A stretch of 64,000 nucleotides of DNA. It comes from Leucoraja ocellata. Its lineage: Eukaryota. Below the pieces are notes generated by a model. That model was not told where the DNA came from. It saw only the letters and a program-made list of their open reading frames with translations, and did no database searches. Shown here one piece after another: positions 36,635 through 50,855 of this stretch. The stretch covers positions 1,364,001-1,428,000 of the forward strand of contig JAWMAR010000392.1 in assembly GCA_036785375.1 (NCBI GenBank), given 5' to 3'. The position numbers were made by a program, and so were the translations under genes. Position 1 is the stretch's first letter. Each line of letters opens with the position of its first letter.

Positions 36635-37789
36635 ACCACATAACCATATAACCATATAACAATTACAGCACGGAAACAGGCCATCTCGGCCCTACAAGTC
36701 CGTGCCGAACAAATGTTCTTCCCCTTAGTCCCACCTGCCTGCACTCATACCACAACCCTCCATTCCCTTCTCATCCATATACCTATCCAATTTATTTTTA
36801 AATGATACCAATGAACCTGCCTCCACCAATTCCAATGGAAGCTCATTCCACACCGCTACCACTCTCTGAGTAAAGAAGTTCCCCCTCATATTACCCCTAA
36901 ACTTCTGTCCCTTAATTCTGAAGTCATGTCCTCTTGTTTGAATCTTCCCTGTTCTCAAAGGGAAAAGCTTGTCCACATCAACTCGGTCTATCCCTCTCAT
37001 CATTTTAAAGACCTCTATCAAGTCCCCCCTTAACCTTCTGCGCTCCAGAGAATAAAGACCTAACTTATTCAACCTATCTCTGTAACTTAGTTGTTGAAAC
37101 CCAGGCAACATTCTAGTAAATCTCCTCTGTACTCTCTCTATTTTGTTGACATCCTTCCTATAATTGGGCGACCAAAATTGTACACCATACTCCAGATTTG
37201 GTCTCACCAATGCCTTGTACAATTTTAACATTACATCCCAGCTTCTATACTCAATGCTCTGATTTATAAAGGCTAGCATACCAAAAGCTTTCTTTACCAC
37301 CCTATCTATATGAGATTCCACCTTCAAGGAGCTATGCACGGTTATACCCAGATCCCACTGTTCAACTGTATTCTTCAATTCCCTACAATTTACCATGTAC
37401 GTCCTATTTTGATTTGTCCTGCCAAGGTGTAGCACCTCACATTTATCAGCATTAAACTCCATCTGCCATCTTTCAGCCCATTTTTCCAAATGGCCTAAAT
37501 CACCCTGTAGACTTTGGAAATCCTCTTCATTATCCACAACACCCCCTATCTTGGTATCATCTGCATACTTACTAATCCAATTTACCACACCTTCATCCAG
37601 GTCATTGATGTACATGACAAACAACAAAGGACCCAACACAGATCCCTGAGGCACCCCACTAGTCACCTGCCTCCAACCCGATAAACAGCCATCCACCATT
37701 ACCCTCTGGCTTCTCCCATTCAGCCACTGTTGAATCCATCTTGCTATTCCTGCATTTATACCCAACAGTTGAACCTTCTTAACCAACCT
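36635..37789 (-). mobile_element. Longest CR1-A1 copy, uninterrupted 353-aa RT/C-terminal frame, 5'-truncated
   Basis: SGVPQGSVLGPLLF...YADDTKIGG; family A tail. Confidence 0.97.
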
Positions 37790-37795
37790 TCTTTA

Positions 37796-37994
37796 AGGGC
37801 CAGTGCCACTTGGGCGTCACTTGCGCAGATGGGCACGCACTTGGGCACGCAGATTGCGCGCAAAGAGTTTGTACATCCCAAAACCCTGGGGCCCTGCGCA
37901 CAACCTCGCGTCACTGCGTACATCACCATGCGCGCATCACGTAAATGATGTAGTGTAAATGACGTGCAACTGACCCCCAAGTGGGACACCCCCT
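37796..37994. mobile_element. Harbinger-type MITE (199 bp)
   Basis: Imperfect TIRs AGGGCCAGTGCCACTTGGG / CCCAAGTGGGACACCCCCT; TTA on both sides. Confidence 0.72.
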
Positions 37995-38082
37995 TTAGTT
38001 AACGACATCATGTTTTGTTTGGCCATTGACTCCTATCCCTTTGGTCACTTGACAGTAAGTCACATTCTCGACTACCTCCCAC

Positions 38083-39122
38083 CAAAGATCCTATAGCAGA
38101 GCAAGATGGGTTACTCTCACGCAAACGTGTAGTCCGCTCATGGGCGGATTCATGGGTGATTATAGGACCCATTTTAGCAACCAGTCCCCGCCATCTTGTT
38201 CAGGGCCAAAGATCGTATCTTTGTTTCCGCAGCGGGGAGAGGGAGTGTGGGGTCCGGGACAGCGAGGAGAGGGAGTGCGGGACAGCGGGGAGAGGCGCAT
38301 AGGAGGGGGGGAGACATTGTAGTGTGGGGGGTAGGCGAGGGAGTGCCGGGGAGGGGAGGGGATAAGGCCTAGTGTGTGTGAAGTTGCGGGGAGGTTTACA
38401 ATGTTTCTTATTTAATGTCCCTTGTCTAGTCTGAAATAAAGTTCATCATTGGATCAGAAGAAATATAATTGTGTGTGTTATATGATTATATACATTTATA
38501 TCACATTCATGTATGTGTGTTTATAAACATTTTATACTTTAACAAGAATTAACAGAATTATGAACTAACAGAATTATGAATCTAACCCTATATCACACAC
38601 AAAAAGTTCCCCCCCCTGTCAATTACCCTGCGAGCCGGGTCGGTTCCGGTTACTACAAAATCAACTCAAACACTGCTTGTGAACCATTTAAAAAGAAATG
38701 ATTTAAAAAACATTAAAATAGACAATTACCAGAGTAAAATTTTATTCTTGACAAGAAGTTTGAACTGACAGAATTATGGTGACTGCCAATCACCACCCCC
38801 CCCCCCGGACACTTATTATTATTTATTCAAATCGTTTGCTATGTCGCTCTTCCAGGGAGATGCTAAATGCATTTCGTTGTCTCTGTACTGTACACTGACA
38901 ATGACAGTTAAAATTGAATCTGAATCTGAATCTGATAATCACACACACAAACTGTTGCCCCGCAACATTGATTACAGTGCGAGTTGGGTCGGGGCGGGTC
39001 AGGTAGGCTCCGGTTACTAAAATGGGCGTGGAAAAATGCCCAGGATCCCCTCCGTAGCTACTACACGTCAGCCCATTGCATTTCGTAGGAGTAGCCCATC
39101 TTGCTCTGCTCTAAGATCTTTG
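38083..39122. mobile_element. Non-autonomous DNA transposon (P-element or hAT type), 1040 bp
   Basis: About 34-bp TIRs beginning CAAAGATC; perfect 8-bp TSD CCTCCCAC. Confidence 0.85.
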
Positions 39123-42009
39123 CCTCCCACTAGTTTAACAGGTTTAGTCAGATTCCAGTGGTTGGTGAGAGTGAATTTGAGAGCAGGACGCAGAGCAAGC
39201 AGACGCAATAAATGAGGCAGGTACTTGTTTCAGTCTGAAACAAACATGACTCTGCGTATCTGTGAAGAGGGAGGCGTAGATGGGAGTTCGCATGGTGGCG
39301 CCTTTGATTTGTAGAAATGACAAAGGAAATTGTCCTTCAGGCTGCCCTGCTGTGGGACGGGGAAGGTGTGGATGAATCAAACGGCACCAGGTGACTGTGA
39401 TAACAGATATTCACAAGTCAGAAGTTTATTGCCATTGGCACAAGTACAGCAGGACACAAAAAAGAACACAAAGTTGTGGAGGGAGCAACTACACATATCT
39501 GGAGAACATGTGTAGGAAGGAACTGCAGATGCTGGTTGAAACTGAAGCTGGAGTAACTCAGCGGGACAGGCAGCATCTCTGGAGAGAAGGAACGGGTGAC
39601 ATTTCGGGTCGAGACCCCTTGTTCAGACTCTTTCGTGACTCACTTTCGTGTCTGAAGAAAGGTCTCAACCAAAAAACGTCACCTATCTGACGTGAGTCTG
39701 AGGAAGGGGTTTTGGCCCGAAACGTTGCCTATTTCTTTCGCTCCATAGATGCTGCCTCACCTGTTCAGTTTCTCCAAGTCAAGTCAAGTCAAGTCAAGTT
39801 TATTTGTCACATACACATACGAGATGTTTGAGAAACAAGGGGACATGACTTGAGAATTAAGGGACTGAAGTTTAGGGGTAACATGAGGGGGAACTTCTTT
39901 ACTCAGAGAGTGGTGGCTGTGTGGAATGAGCTTCCAGTGAAGGTGGTGGAGGCAGGTTCGTTTTTATCATTTAAAAATAAATTGGATAGTTATATGGACG
40001 GGAAAGGTATGGAGGGTTATGGTCTGAGCGCAGGTGTATGGGACTAGGGGAGAATATGTGTTCGGCACGGACTAGAAGGGTCGAGATGGCCTGTTTTCGT
40101 GCTGTAATTGTTATATGGAGATGTGCAGTGAAATGAAAGTGGCAATGTTTGCGGACTTTTGTGCAAAAGACAAACAACAAAACAACCAAACAAATTATAA
40201 ACACAATCATAACACACATATTCTTTTTTGCAGCATTTTTGTCTACCTATCCATGTTCTTCAGAGATGCTGCCAGTGCTGTCTCTGTGGAGTTTGGTGAC
40301 TGAGTGACCATGCAAACTCAACACAGATAGCATTGAATCCTGGTCTCTGGTTCTGCGTTGTAGCAGCTCAACCAGCTGTGCCACCTTGCCGCCTGTTTGG
40401 ACAAGCGTGACTTCAATGCCAGGCGACAATACCTTCTGTAGAATTGGGCAGCTCACTATGGCGTAGCAGTAGAGTTGCTACCTTACAGCGCCAGTCACCC
40501 AGGTTCCATCCTGACTATTGGTGCTGTCTGTACGGAGTTTGCACATACCCCCTGTGACCGCGTGGGCTTTCTCCAGGTGCTACAGCTTCCTCCCACACTG
40601 TAAAGATGTGCGGGTTTGTAAGTTAATTGGCTTCGGTAAAACAAATTGTAGATTGTCCCTAGTGTGTAGGACAGTGCTGGTGTACGGGGTGATCGCTGGT
40701 CGGTGCAGACTCAATGGGCCGAAGGGCCTGTTTACGCACTGTATCTCTAAAGTCTAAACTAGTCCCAAACCTATACAGCACATTTCCCCACAGGACCTTG
40801 AGGCAGGGACAATCCCATTAGACCACTGCTGCCACTATTCTCATTATCTACAATTGACTTTTCTCCACAGTTCTTCCGTCCCACTTACATAGAAACATAG
40901 AAATTAGGTGCAGGAGTAGAGGCTATTCTGCCCTTCGAGCCTGCACCGCCATTCGATATGATCATGGCTGATCATCCAACTCAGTATCCCATCCCTGCCT
41001 TCTCTCCATACCCCCTGATCCCTTTAGCCACAAGGTCCACATCTAACTCCCTCTTAAATATAGCCAATGGACTGTGGCCTCAACTACCTTCTGTGGCAGA
41101 GAATTCCACAGATTCACCACTCTCTGCGTGAAACCATCTCGACCATCTCACCTTGGTACCACAGAGAGATAGAAACATAGAAACATAGAAATTAGGTGCA
41201 GGAGTAGGCCATTCGGCCCTTCGAGCCTGCACCGCCATTCAATATGATCACGGCTGATCATCCAACTCAGTATCCCGTACCTGCCTTCTCTCCATACCCT
41301 CTGATCCCCTTAGCCACAAGGGCCACATCTAACTCCCTCTTAAATATAGCCAATGAACTGGCCTCAACTACCCTCTGTGGCAGAGAGTTTCAGAGATTCA
41401 CCACTCTCTGTGTGAAAAAAGTTCTTCTCATCTCAGTTTTAAAGGATTTCCCCCTTATCCTTAAGCTGTGACCCCTTGTCCTGGACTTCCCTAACATCGG
41501 GAACAATCTTCCTGCATCTAGCCTGTCCAACCCCTTAAGAATTTTGTAAGTTTCTATAAGATCCCCTCTCAATCTTCTAAATTCTAGAGAGTATAAACCA
41601 AGTCTATCCAGTCTTTCTTCATAAGACAGTCCTGACATCCCAGGAATCAGTCTGGTGAACCGTCTCTGCACTCCCTCTATGGCAATAATGTCCTTCCTCA
41701 GATTTGGAGACCAAAACCGCACAGATACCGCACAGAAACAGGCCCTTCAGCCCACTGTGTTTGTGCTGACAATCAATCATCCACATGCACTAATCAATAA
41801 TAATCCTACTTTATTCTGCGTACAGTTCTGGACGCTGCATCAGGAGCAGGATGTGGAGTCTTTGGAGAGGGTGCAGAAGGCCACAACCCTCCCTCACCCA
41901 AGATACACCAGCTTCTCGTTCACACCTGCAAACACCTGACAATGGCCTGTTTACTTTCACTGTTACTTTTTTGCATATCTTTTATTCAATCGTTCTCTAT
42001 CTATCTATT

Positions 42010-42490
42010 AGATTTACTAGAATGTTGCCTGGGTTTCAGCAACTAAGTTACAGAGAAAGGTTGAACAAGTTAGGGCTTTATTCTTTGGAGCGCAGAAGGT
42101 TAAGGGGGGACTTGATAGAGGTTTTTAAAATGATGAGAGGGATAGACAGAGTTGACGTGGAAAAGCTTTTCCCACTGAGAGTAGGGAAGATTCAAACAAG
42201 GGGACATGACATGAGAATTAAGGGACTGAAGTTTAGGGGTAACATGAGGGGGAACTTCTTTACTCAGAGAGTGGTAGCTGTGTGGAATGAGCTTCCAGTG
42301 AAGGTGGTGGAGGCAGGTTCGTTTTTATCATTTAAAAATAAATTGGATAGTTATATGGATGGGAAGGGAATGGAGGGTTATGGTCTGAGCGCAGGTATAT
42401 GGGACTAGGGGAGATTATGTGTTCGGCACGGACTAGAAGGGTCGAGATGGCCTGTTTCCGTGCTGTAATTGTTATATGGTTATATGGTTA
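42010..42490 (+). mobile_element. CR1-A2 copy flanked by a direct duplication of about 105 bp
   Basis: 41904-42007 repeated at 42491-42596. Confidence 0.9.
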
Positions 42491-43585
42491 TACACCAGCT
42501 TCTCGTTCACACCTGCAAACACCTGACAATGGCATGTTTACTTTAACTTTGTTACTTTTTTGCATATCTTTTATTCAATCGTTCTCTATCTCTCTACATC
42601 ACCGTCTATATCTCTCGTTTCCTTTTACTCTCTGACGTCTGAAGAAGGGTCTCGACCTAAACATAGAAACATAGAAAATAGGTGCAGGAGGTGGCCATTC
42701 GGCCCTTCGAGCCTGCACCGCCATTCACTGTGATCATGGCTGATCATGGCTGAAACGTCACCCATTCCTTCTCCCCAGAGACAGCGCTGCATGTCCCGCT
42801 GAGTTACTCCAGCATTTTGTGTCTATCTTCGGTTTACACCACCACTTGCAGTTCCTTCTCTTATAGAAACTTACAAAATTATTACAAAATTCTTAAGGGG
42901 TTGGACAGGCTAGATGCAGGAAGATTGTTCCCGATGTTGGGGAAGTCCAGGACAAGGGGTCACAGCTTAAGAATAAAGGGGAAATCCTTTAAAACCGAGA
43001 TGAGAAGAACTTTTTTCACGCAGAGAGTGGTGAATCTCTGGAACTCTCTGCCGCAGAGGGTAGTTGAGGCCAGTTCATTGGCTATATTTAATAGGGAGTT
43101 AGATGTGGCCCTTGTGGCTAAGGGGATCAGGGGGTATGGAGAGAAGGCAGGTACGGGATACTGAGTTGGATGATCAGCCATGATCATATTGAATGGCGGT
43201 GCAGGCTCGAAGGGCCGAATGGCCTACTCCTGCACCTAATTTCTATGTTTCTATGTTTCCCACACACCTAGCTAGGATAAACATCCTAACACCAAGTCAG
43301 GAAACCTTGGATTGTTTTCTCTGGAATGCCAGAGAATGAGGGGGAGACCTGATAGCAGTATATCTAGTAATGAGAGGCATAGATAGGGTAGAGAGTCAGA
43401 ACCTTTCTCCTGGAGCGGAGATGTCAAAGACTAGAGGGAATAGCTGTAAGTGAGAGGAGCAAAGTTTAAAGGAGAGGAGCAAATTTTTAGGGAAAGTTTA
43501 AATTTAAAATTTTTTTTGCACAGAGAGTGGTGGGTGCCTGAAACATGCTTCCAGGAGCGGCAGTGGGGCAGTTACAATAGTAATA

Positions 43586-44511
43586 TATAACCATATAACA
43601 ATAACAGCACGGAAACAGGCCATCTCGGCCCTACAAGTCCGTGCAGAACAAATCTTTTTCCCCCTTAGTCCCACCTGCCTGCACTCATACCATAACCCTC
43701 CATTCCCTTCTCATCCATATGCCTATCCAATTTATTTTTAAATGATACCAATGAACCTGCCTCCACCACTTCCACTGGAAGCTCATTCCACACCGCTACC
43801 ACTCTCTGAGTAAAGAAGTTCCCCCTCATATTGCCCCTAAACTTCTGTCCCTTAATTCTGAAGTCAAGTCATTTTACTAGAATGTTGCCTGGGTTTCAAC
43901 AACTAAGTTACAGAGATAGGTTGAATAAGTTAGGTCTTTATTCTCTGGAGCGCAGAAGGTTAAGGGGGGACCTGATATAGGTCTTTAAAATGATGAGAGG
44001 GATAGACAGAGTTGATGTGGACAAGTTTTTCCCTTTGAGAATAGGGAAGATTCAAACAAGAGGACATGACTTTAGAATTAAGGGACAGAAGTTTAGGGGT
44101 AATATGAGGGGGAACATCTTTACGCAGAGAGTGGTGGCGGTGTGGAATGAGCTTCCAGTGGAAGTGGTGGAGGCAGGTTCATTGGTATAATTTAAAAATA
44201 AATTGGATAGGCGTATGGATGAGAAGGGAATGGAGGGTTATGTTACGAGTGCAGGCAGGTGGGACTAAGGGGAGAAAAATCTGTTTGGCATGGACTTGTA
44301 GGGCCGAGATGGCCTGTTTCCATGCTGTAATTGTTATATGGTTATATGGTTATATATGGTTATGTCCTCTTGTTTGAATCTTCCCTATTCTCAAAGGGAA
44401 AAGCTTGTCCACATCAACTCTGTCTATCCCTCTCATCATTTTAAAGACCTCTATCAGGTCCCCCCTTAACCTTCTGCGCTCCAGAGAATAAAGACCTAAC
44501 TTATTCAACCT
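43586..44511. mobile_element. CR1-A1 (+, 43872-44361) nested in CR1-A1 (-)
   Basis: The minus copy breaks at ...CTGAAGTCA and resumes at ATGTCCTCTTGTTTG. Confidence 0.88.
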
Positions 44512-44721
44512 GTTAGGTTGTTTAAGAGACTTTTTGAAAGGCATTTTAGATGAACCTGGCTTCATGTACAACACAGACGTTGCGGGCCAAAAGGCCTCAT
44601 CCTGTGCTGTACTGTTCTATGTTCCCTAAATTTTCATCAACTCTGGCCAAATTGCCCCGCCCACTGACTCACTAGATGCAACAGTTTACAACAATTAATT
44701 AACCTTCAAAATCACATGGTT

Positions 44722-45580
44722 TAGGTATGTTACAAAACCTACCTGAATCGTCATTGGGAATCTGCCCACAGCCAGGTCCGCGATTTTGGCGCTGTTTGGA
44801 GGGGGCGGGTTTAAAACGCGATTTTTACTAGGCTGTACTAATCGCAGATGTTCAGCCTAGTAAATCATTAACGAAAAATCACTGCAAGACCCGGTCGCAA
44901 AAGGTATTATTAGTTTTATAGGCCTCGATAATATAGTTATAATAGTTTAAAATTACTGTCTCATTCCGCAACCTCTCGCAGCCCCAGGGTTTTATAAAGC
45001 AAACAATTAAAGGTATGTACCTTATTTTGACATTAAATGGGGCAAATAATATAACCCTGTAATTAAAGTTATCTATAGCGAATAGTTCATTTTGGGCTTT
45101 TTATATCCCGCAGTATTTTTCTCGGTATTGAGGGCACTAATCCAGCGCGATGTCAACGTTTCTAAACCAGCGCGTTCCACATGAACCCACTAGAAAGCCG
45201 ATTTAAATGGGCATTTATTTACAGCAATTGAACACTAAATTCCTTCCATTTGGCCTATAAATTAATGTAAATTAGATATAAAAATCATGTTATATTGTGA
45301 ATTATTTGTGAATAATCTTTGGATACTTAGGCTATTTAAAAATGTTACTCTTTCCTTAAGAATGGGCTTTTGACTATCCAAGATCACAGCTTTTTTGTAA
45401 TGTCCATTGAAAATCAATAGGAACAAGATGCTAATTTCCGAGTATGAAAATGGCCATAACTTTTTTAATACTTGAGATATGAAAGTGAATTTGGTGTCAA
45501 ATTAAACTTATTGTTATGCTTTATCTGATGGGATAAATTGCAGACTTGATTTTAAAATCTCAAAATTTGTAACATTGCTA
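44722..45580. mobile_element. Non-autonomous TIR DNA transposon (copy 2)
   Basis: Same TIRs as 17683-18547; CATGGTT duplicated at 44715-44721 and 45581-45587. Confidence 0.9.
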
Positions 45581-45724
45581 CATGGTTAGGATTCTGAAGG
45601 AAATGATGTGATTAGGCAGCAAGGTGGCCGAGCAGTAGAGCTACTGCCTTACAGCATCAGAGACCCGGGTTCGATCCCGACAACGGGTGCTTGTCTGTAC
45701 AGAGTTCTCCCCGTGACCTGTGCG

Positions 45725-45868
45725 CAGTGGCGGACTGCCCAGGGAGTCAGCTTGCCCGATGGCAAGTGGGCCCGTGGTGAAGTGGGCTCCCTATATCATG
45801 TGGGCCCCTGATGAAGTGGGCCCCCTTTGTCTCTGGCTACCAATATCTTTAGACCCAGTCCGTCACTG
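45725..45868. mobile_element. hAT MITE (144 bp) inside a SINE
   Basis: TIR CAGTGGCGGACTG/CAGTCCGTCACTG; TSD CCTGTGCG. Confidence 0.88.
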
Positions 45869-48800
45869 CCTGTGCGGGATTTAACCTTATAACCATATAA
45901 CAATTACAGCACGGAAACAGGCCATCTCGGCCCTACAAGGTCCATGCCGAACAAATTTTTTTCCCCTTAGTCCCACCTGCCTGCACTCATACCATAACCC
46001 TCCATTCCCTTCTCACCCATATGCCTATCCAATTTATTTTAAATGATACCAATGAACCTGCCTCCACCACTCCCACTGGAAGCTCATTCCACACCGCTAC
46101 CACTCTCTGCGTAAAGAAGTTCCCCCTCATATTACCCTAAACTTCTGTCCCTTAATTCTGAAGTCAGAATCTCCGAGATTTCATGTTTTCTCCCACACTC
46201 CAAAGACAGACAGGTTTGTAAGTGAGACAAAAAAGCTGGAGAAACTCAGCGGGTGCAGCAGCATCTATGGAGCGAAGGAAATAGGCGACGTTTTGGGCCG
46301 AAACCCTTCTTCAGACTGATGTAGGGTGGGGGGGGGTGCGGGGAGAAGAATGGAGAAAGGAAAAGGGAGGAGCCAGAGGGCTGAGGGAGAGCTGAGAAGG
46401 GGGAGGAGACAGCAAGGTGCTACCGGAAATTGGCAAAGTCAATGCTTATGCCACTAGGGTGCAGACTGCCCAAGCGGAATAATGAGGTGCTGCTCCTCCA
46501 ATTTCCGGTGGTGCTCACTCTGGCCATGGAGAAGGCCCAGGACAGAAAGGTTGGATTCGGAATGGGAGGGGAGTTGAAGTGCTGAGCCACCGGGAGGTCA
46601 GGTTGGTTATTGCGAACCGAGCGGAGGTGTTCGGCGAAACGATGCCAAGCCTACGCTATTTTCCAGCATTTGTAGTCCTTGTTCTAAGTTAATTGGATTG
46701 GTATAAATGTAAAAAGTAAACATTTGGCCCTGGCTGGTGTGAACTCAGTGGGCTGAAGGCCTGTTCCAGTGTTGTATTTCTAACATAAACTAAAATAAAA
46801 CAGGAAATGCAACCAAGCCATGGGTAAGGATGCAGGAAGTATCAGGTCACCTGCAAGGTTCTGCTTTCAAAGCCATAATCCCCAACCAAATGCATCTCGA
46901 AACTTGGAGTCAGCACTTCCCCGCTGCCTCTGCATCCTTCCCATCCTGACCAACAGACCGCAGAGGAGAGCTGACAAATCATCCTCTTCATCCTTGTGCG
47001 GGATGCATATAGTGCATATAGATAGGTTGGTAAAGAAAGCTTTTGGTATGCTAGCCTTTATAAATCAGAGCATTGAGTATACAAGCAGGGAATGCAATGT
47101 TAAAATTGTACAAGGCATTGGTGAGACCAAATCTGGAGTATGGTGTACAATTTTGGTCGCCCAATTATAGGAAGGATGTCAACAAATAGAGAGAGTACAG
47201 AGGAGATTTACTAGAATGTTGCCTGGGTTTTAAACAACTAAGTTACAGAGATAGGTTGAATAAGTTAGGTCTTTATTCTCTGGAGCGCAGAAGGTTAAGG
47301 GGGGACCTGATAGAGGTCTTTAAAATGATGAGAGGGATAGACAGAGTTGATGTGGACAAGCTTTTCCCTTTGAGAATAGGGAAGATTCAAACAAGAGGAC
47401 ATGACTTCAGAATTAAGGGACAGAAGTTTAGGGGTAATATGAGGGGGAACTTCTTTACGCAGAGAGTGGTGGCGGTGTGGAAGAGCTCCCAGTGGAAGTG
47501 GTGGAGGCAGGTTTATTGGTATCATTTAAAAAATTAAATTGGATAGGCATATGGATGAGAAGGGAATGGAGGGTTATGGTATGAGTGCAGGCAGGTGGGA
47601 CTAAGGGGAAAACAAAATTGTTCGGCACGGACTTGTAGGGCCGAGATGGCCTGTTTCCGTGCTGTAATTGTTACATGGTTATATGGTTATACATATGATA
47701 AACTTCACCACTTCTGCCCCTCAAGGATGCATTCTCAGCCCCCTTCTTCTCTCCTTATACACTCATGACTCAGAGCTGTCTTTACTGCATTGTAGGCTCC
47801 CGGCAAAGCAGAGTACTGGGCCCCAACCCACACATCCACTCACAGGAATCAAAATGTAAATGCTGGATACAATTCAACATTTCATGCTACGTACTTCCAA
47901 CAAAATCAGTGTTTAATCATTAAAAAAACATGCTGTACAGTAAAGATTAATCATCACAAACATAGAAAACATAGAAACATAGACAATAGGTGCAGGAGTA
48001 GAGGCCATTCTGCCCTTCGAGCCTGCACCATTCGCCATTCAATATGATCATGGCTGATCATCCAACTCAGTATCCCATCCCTGCCTTCTCTCCATACCCC
48101 CTGATCCCTTTAGCACAAGGGCCACATCTAACTCCCTCTTAAATATAGCCAATGAACTGGCTTCAACTACCTTCTGTGGCAGTGAATTCCACAGGTTCAC
48201 CACTCTCTGTGTGAAAAAATGTTTTTCTCATCTGGTTGCTAAAACATAGAAACATAGAAATTAGGTGGCAGGAGTAGGCCATTCGGCCCTTCGAGCCTGC
48301 ACCGCCATTCAATATGATCATGGCTGATCATCCAACTCAGTGTCCCGTACCTGCCTTCTCTCCATACCCCCTGATGCCCTTAGCCACAAGAGCCACATCT
48401 AACTCCCTCTTAAATATAGCCAATGAACTGGCCTCAACTAGCCTCTGTGCAGAGAGTTCCAGAAATTCACCACTCTCTGTGTGAAAAAAGTTCTTCTCAT
48501 CTCAGTTTTAAAGGATTTCCCTTATCCTTAAGCTGTGACCCCTTGTCCTGGACTTCCCTAACATCGGGAACAATCTTCCTGCATCTAGCCTGTCCAACCC
48601 CTTAAGAATTTTGTAAGTTTCTATAAGATCCCCTCTCAATCTCCTAAATTCTAGAGAGTATAAACCAAGTCTATCCAGTCTTTCTTCATAAGACAGTCCT
48701 GACATCCCAGGAATCAGTCTGGTGAACCGTCTCTGCACTCCCTCTATGGCAAAAGACTTCCCCTTATCCTTAAACTGTGACCCCTTGTTCTGGACTTCCC

Positions 48801-49383
48801 CAACATCGGGAATAATCTTCCTGCATCTAGCCTGTCCAACCCCTTAAGAATTTTGTAAGTTTCTATCTGTTGCCCTCCCTCGCGGCCTAACAGCTTGGAT
48901 TGTGCGGCCTTTCCCGGAGTCGGGTCCAGAGCTCCAGCAGCGGGCACAGCGCGGACTTTCCATCGCGAGGCCGGGCGATCCCTGCCGGGAGGGTCACTGG
49001 AAGAAGTGCTCCGACTGCTGCCCGCGGACTACGACATCCTGAAGACCGTGGTCTGCAGAGCTTCCAGCGGGCCTTGCGTTACCACGGCCCTGTCATGACT
49101 CTGCAGTCTAATACCAATGCAACTCAATATACAATATACAATATAGTGGGCCGGGTATCAAAATAATGACAAAACAGAGTACATGAATGAGATTGAGGAC
49201 CCCCATACAAAAATGATCACAAAATGAGTAGGTCAACCTATGATGAGCGTTTGTCGGCACTGGGCCTGTACTCGCTGGTTTTTAGAAGAATGAGGGGGGA
49301 TTTCATTGAAACGTACAGAATAGCAAAAGGCTTGGATAGAATGGATGTGTAGAGGATGTTTCCACTAGTGCAAGAGTCTAGGA

Positions 49384-49561
49384 CAGTGGTTCTTAACCTG
49401 GGGTCGTGACCCCTCTTTGAGGTCATTTGGGGCTTTGCCGGGGGTCATGAAGGGAACACAAATAACATATCAATTTGTTGAGCCCATGTTTAGGAATCTA
49501 ACAAAAGTACATACCACATACAGTATGCGCGTACTGGTGCCAAATAGGTTAAGAACCACTG
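49384..49561. mobile_element. hAT-Charlie-type MITE (178 bp)
   Basis: TIR CAGTGGTTCTTAACCT; TSD GTCTAGGA, close to the NTCTAGAN preference. Confidence 0.92.
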
Positions 49562-50519
49562 GTCTAGGACTAGAGGTCACACCCTCAGAATTAAAGGACG
49601 TTCTTTTAAGAAGAGATGAGGAGAAATTTCTATAGTCAGAGATTGGTGAATCTGTGGAATCTTTGCCACAGACGGCTGTGGAGGCCAATCAGTTGATATT
49701 TTTAAGGCAGAGATAGATAGATTTTTGATTAGTGCGGGTGTCAGAGGTTATGGGGAGAAGGCAGGCGAATGGGGTTAGAAGGGAGAGATAGATCAGCCAT
49801 GATTGATGGTGAGTAGACTTGATGGCCTAATGGCCTAATTCTGCTCATATCACTTATGACATAAAACCATATAACAATTACAGCACGGAAACAGGCCATC
49901 TCGACCTTCTAGTCGTGCCGAACACATATCTCCCTAGTCCCATATACTGCGCTCAGACCATAACCCTCCATTCCCTTCCCATCCATATAACTATCCAATT
50001 TATTATTAAATGATAAAAACGAACCTGCCTCCACCACCTTCACTGGAAGCTCATTCCACACAGCTACCACTCTGAGTAAAGAAGTTCCCCCTCATGTTAC
50101 CCCTAAACTTCAGTCCCTTAATTCTCATGTCATGTCCCCTTGTTTGAATCTTCCCTACTCTCAGTGGGAAAAGCTTTTCCACGTCAACTCTGTCTATCCC
50201 TCTCATCATTTTAAAGACCTCTATCAAGTCCCCCCTTAACCTTCTGCGCTCCAGAGAATAAAGCCCTAACCTGTTCAACCTTTCTCTGTAACTTAGTTGC
50301 TGAAAACCCAGGCAACATTCTAGTAAATCTCCTCTGTACTCTCTCTATTTTGTTGACATCCTTCCTATAATTAGGCGACCAAAATTGTACACCATACTCC
50401 AGAATTGGCCTCACCAATGCCTTGTACAATTTTAACATTACATCCCAGCTTCTATACTCAATGCTCTGATTTATAAAGGCCAGCACACCAAAAGCTTTCT
50501 TTACCTATATCGCAAGACA

Positions 50520-50855
50520 AAGGAGATAATGATTGAGCAGTACACACACCAGTGTACATTACTGCAATGAACTAGAGAGGGTCGAAAGCTTCAAGTTCGT
50601 AGAAATAATTATCACGAGAAATTTGACATGGATCAGCCACATCGAGCAACGATTAAGAAAGTACACCAACGCCTTTACTTCTTTAGAAGGCTTAGGAAAT
50701 TGGGCTTGTCCCCAACAATCCTCACCAACTTCTACAGATGCCTCATGGAAAGCATTTTCTCAGGATGCATTGCTGGTTGTGAGCAACTCTATCCAAGATG
50801 GCAAGAAATGATAGAGAGTTGTGGACGTAGCTCAGAGCATCGCACTAACTAACCT
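50520..50855 (+). mobile_element. Old Rex1/Babar fragment (continues at about 51483-51790)
   Basis: ERVESFKF...HQRLYFFRRLRKLGLSPTILTNFYRC. Confidence 0.8.

Noticed and set aside
36725-37786. 353-aa RT ORF as a domesticated gene or active element
   Set aside because: It is 5'-truncated, lacks the endonuclease, keeps the LINE tail and is nearly identical to many other copies.
46800-47960. Short unique islands with donor/acceptor-like motifs as exons of a second gene
   Set aside because: No coherent exon chain or recognisable protein.
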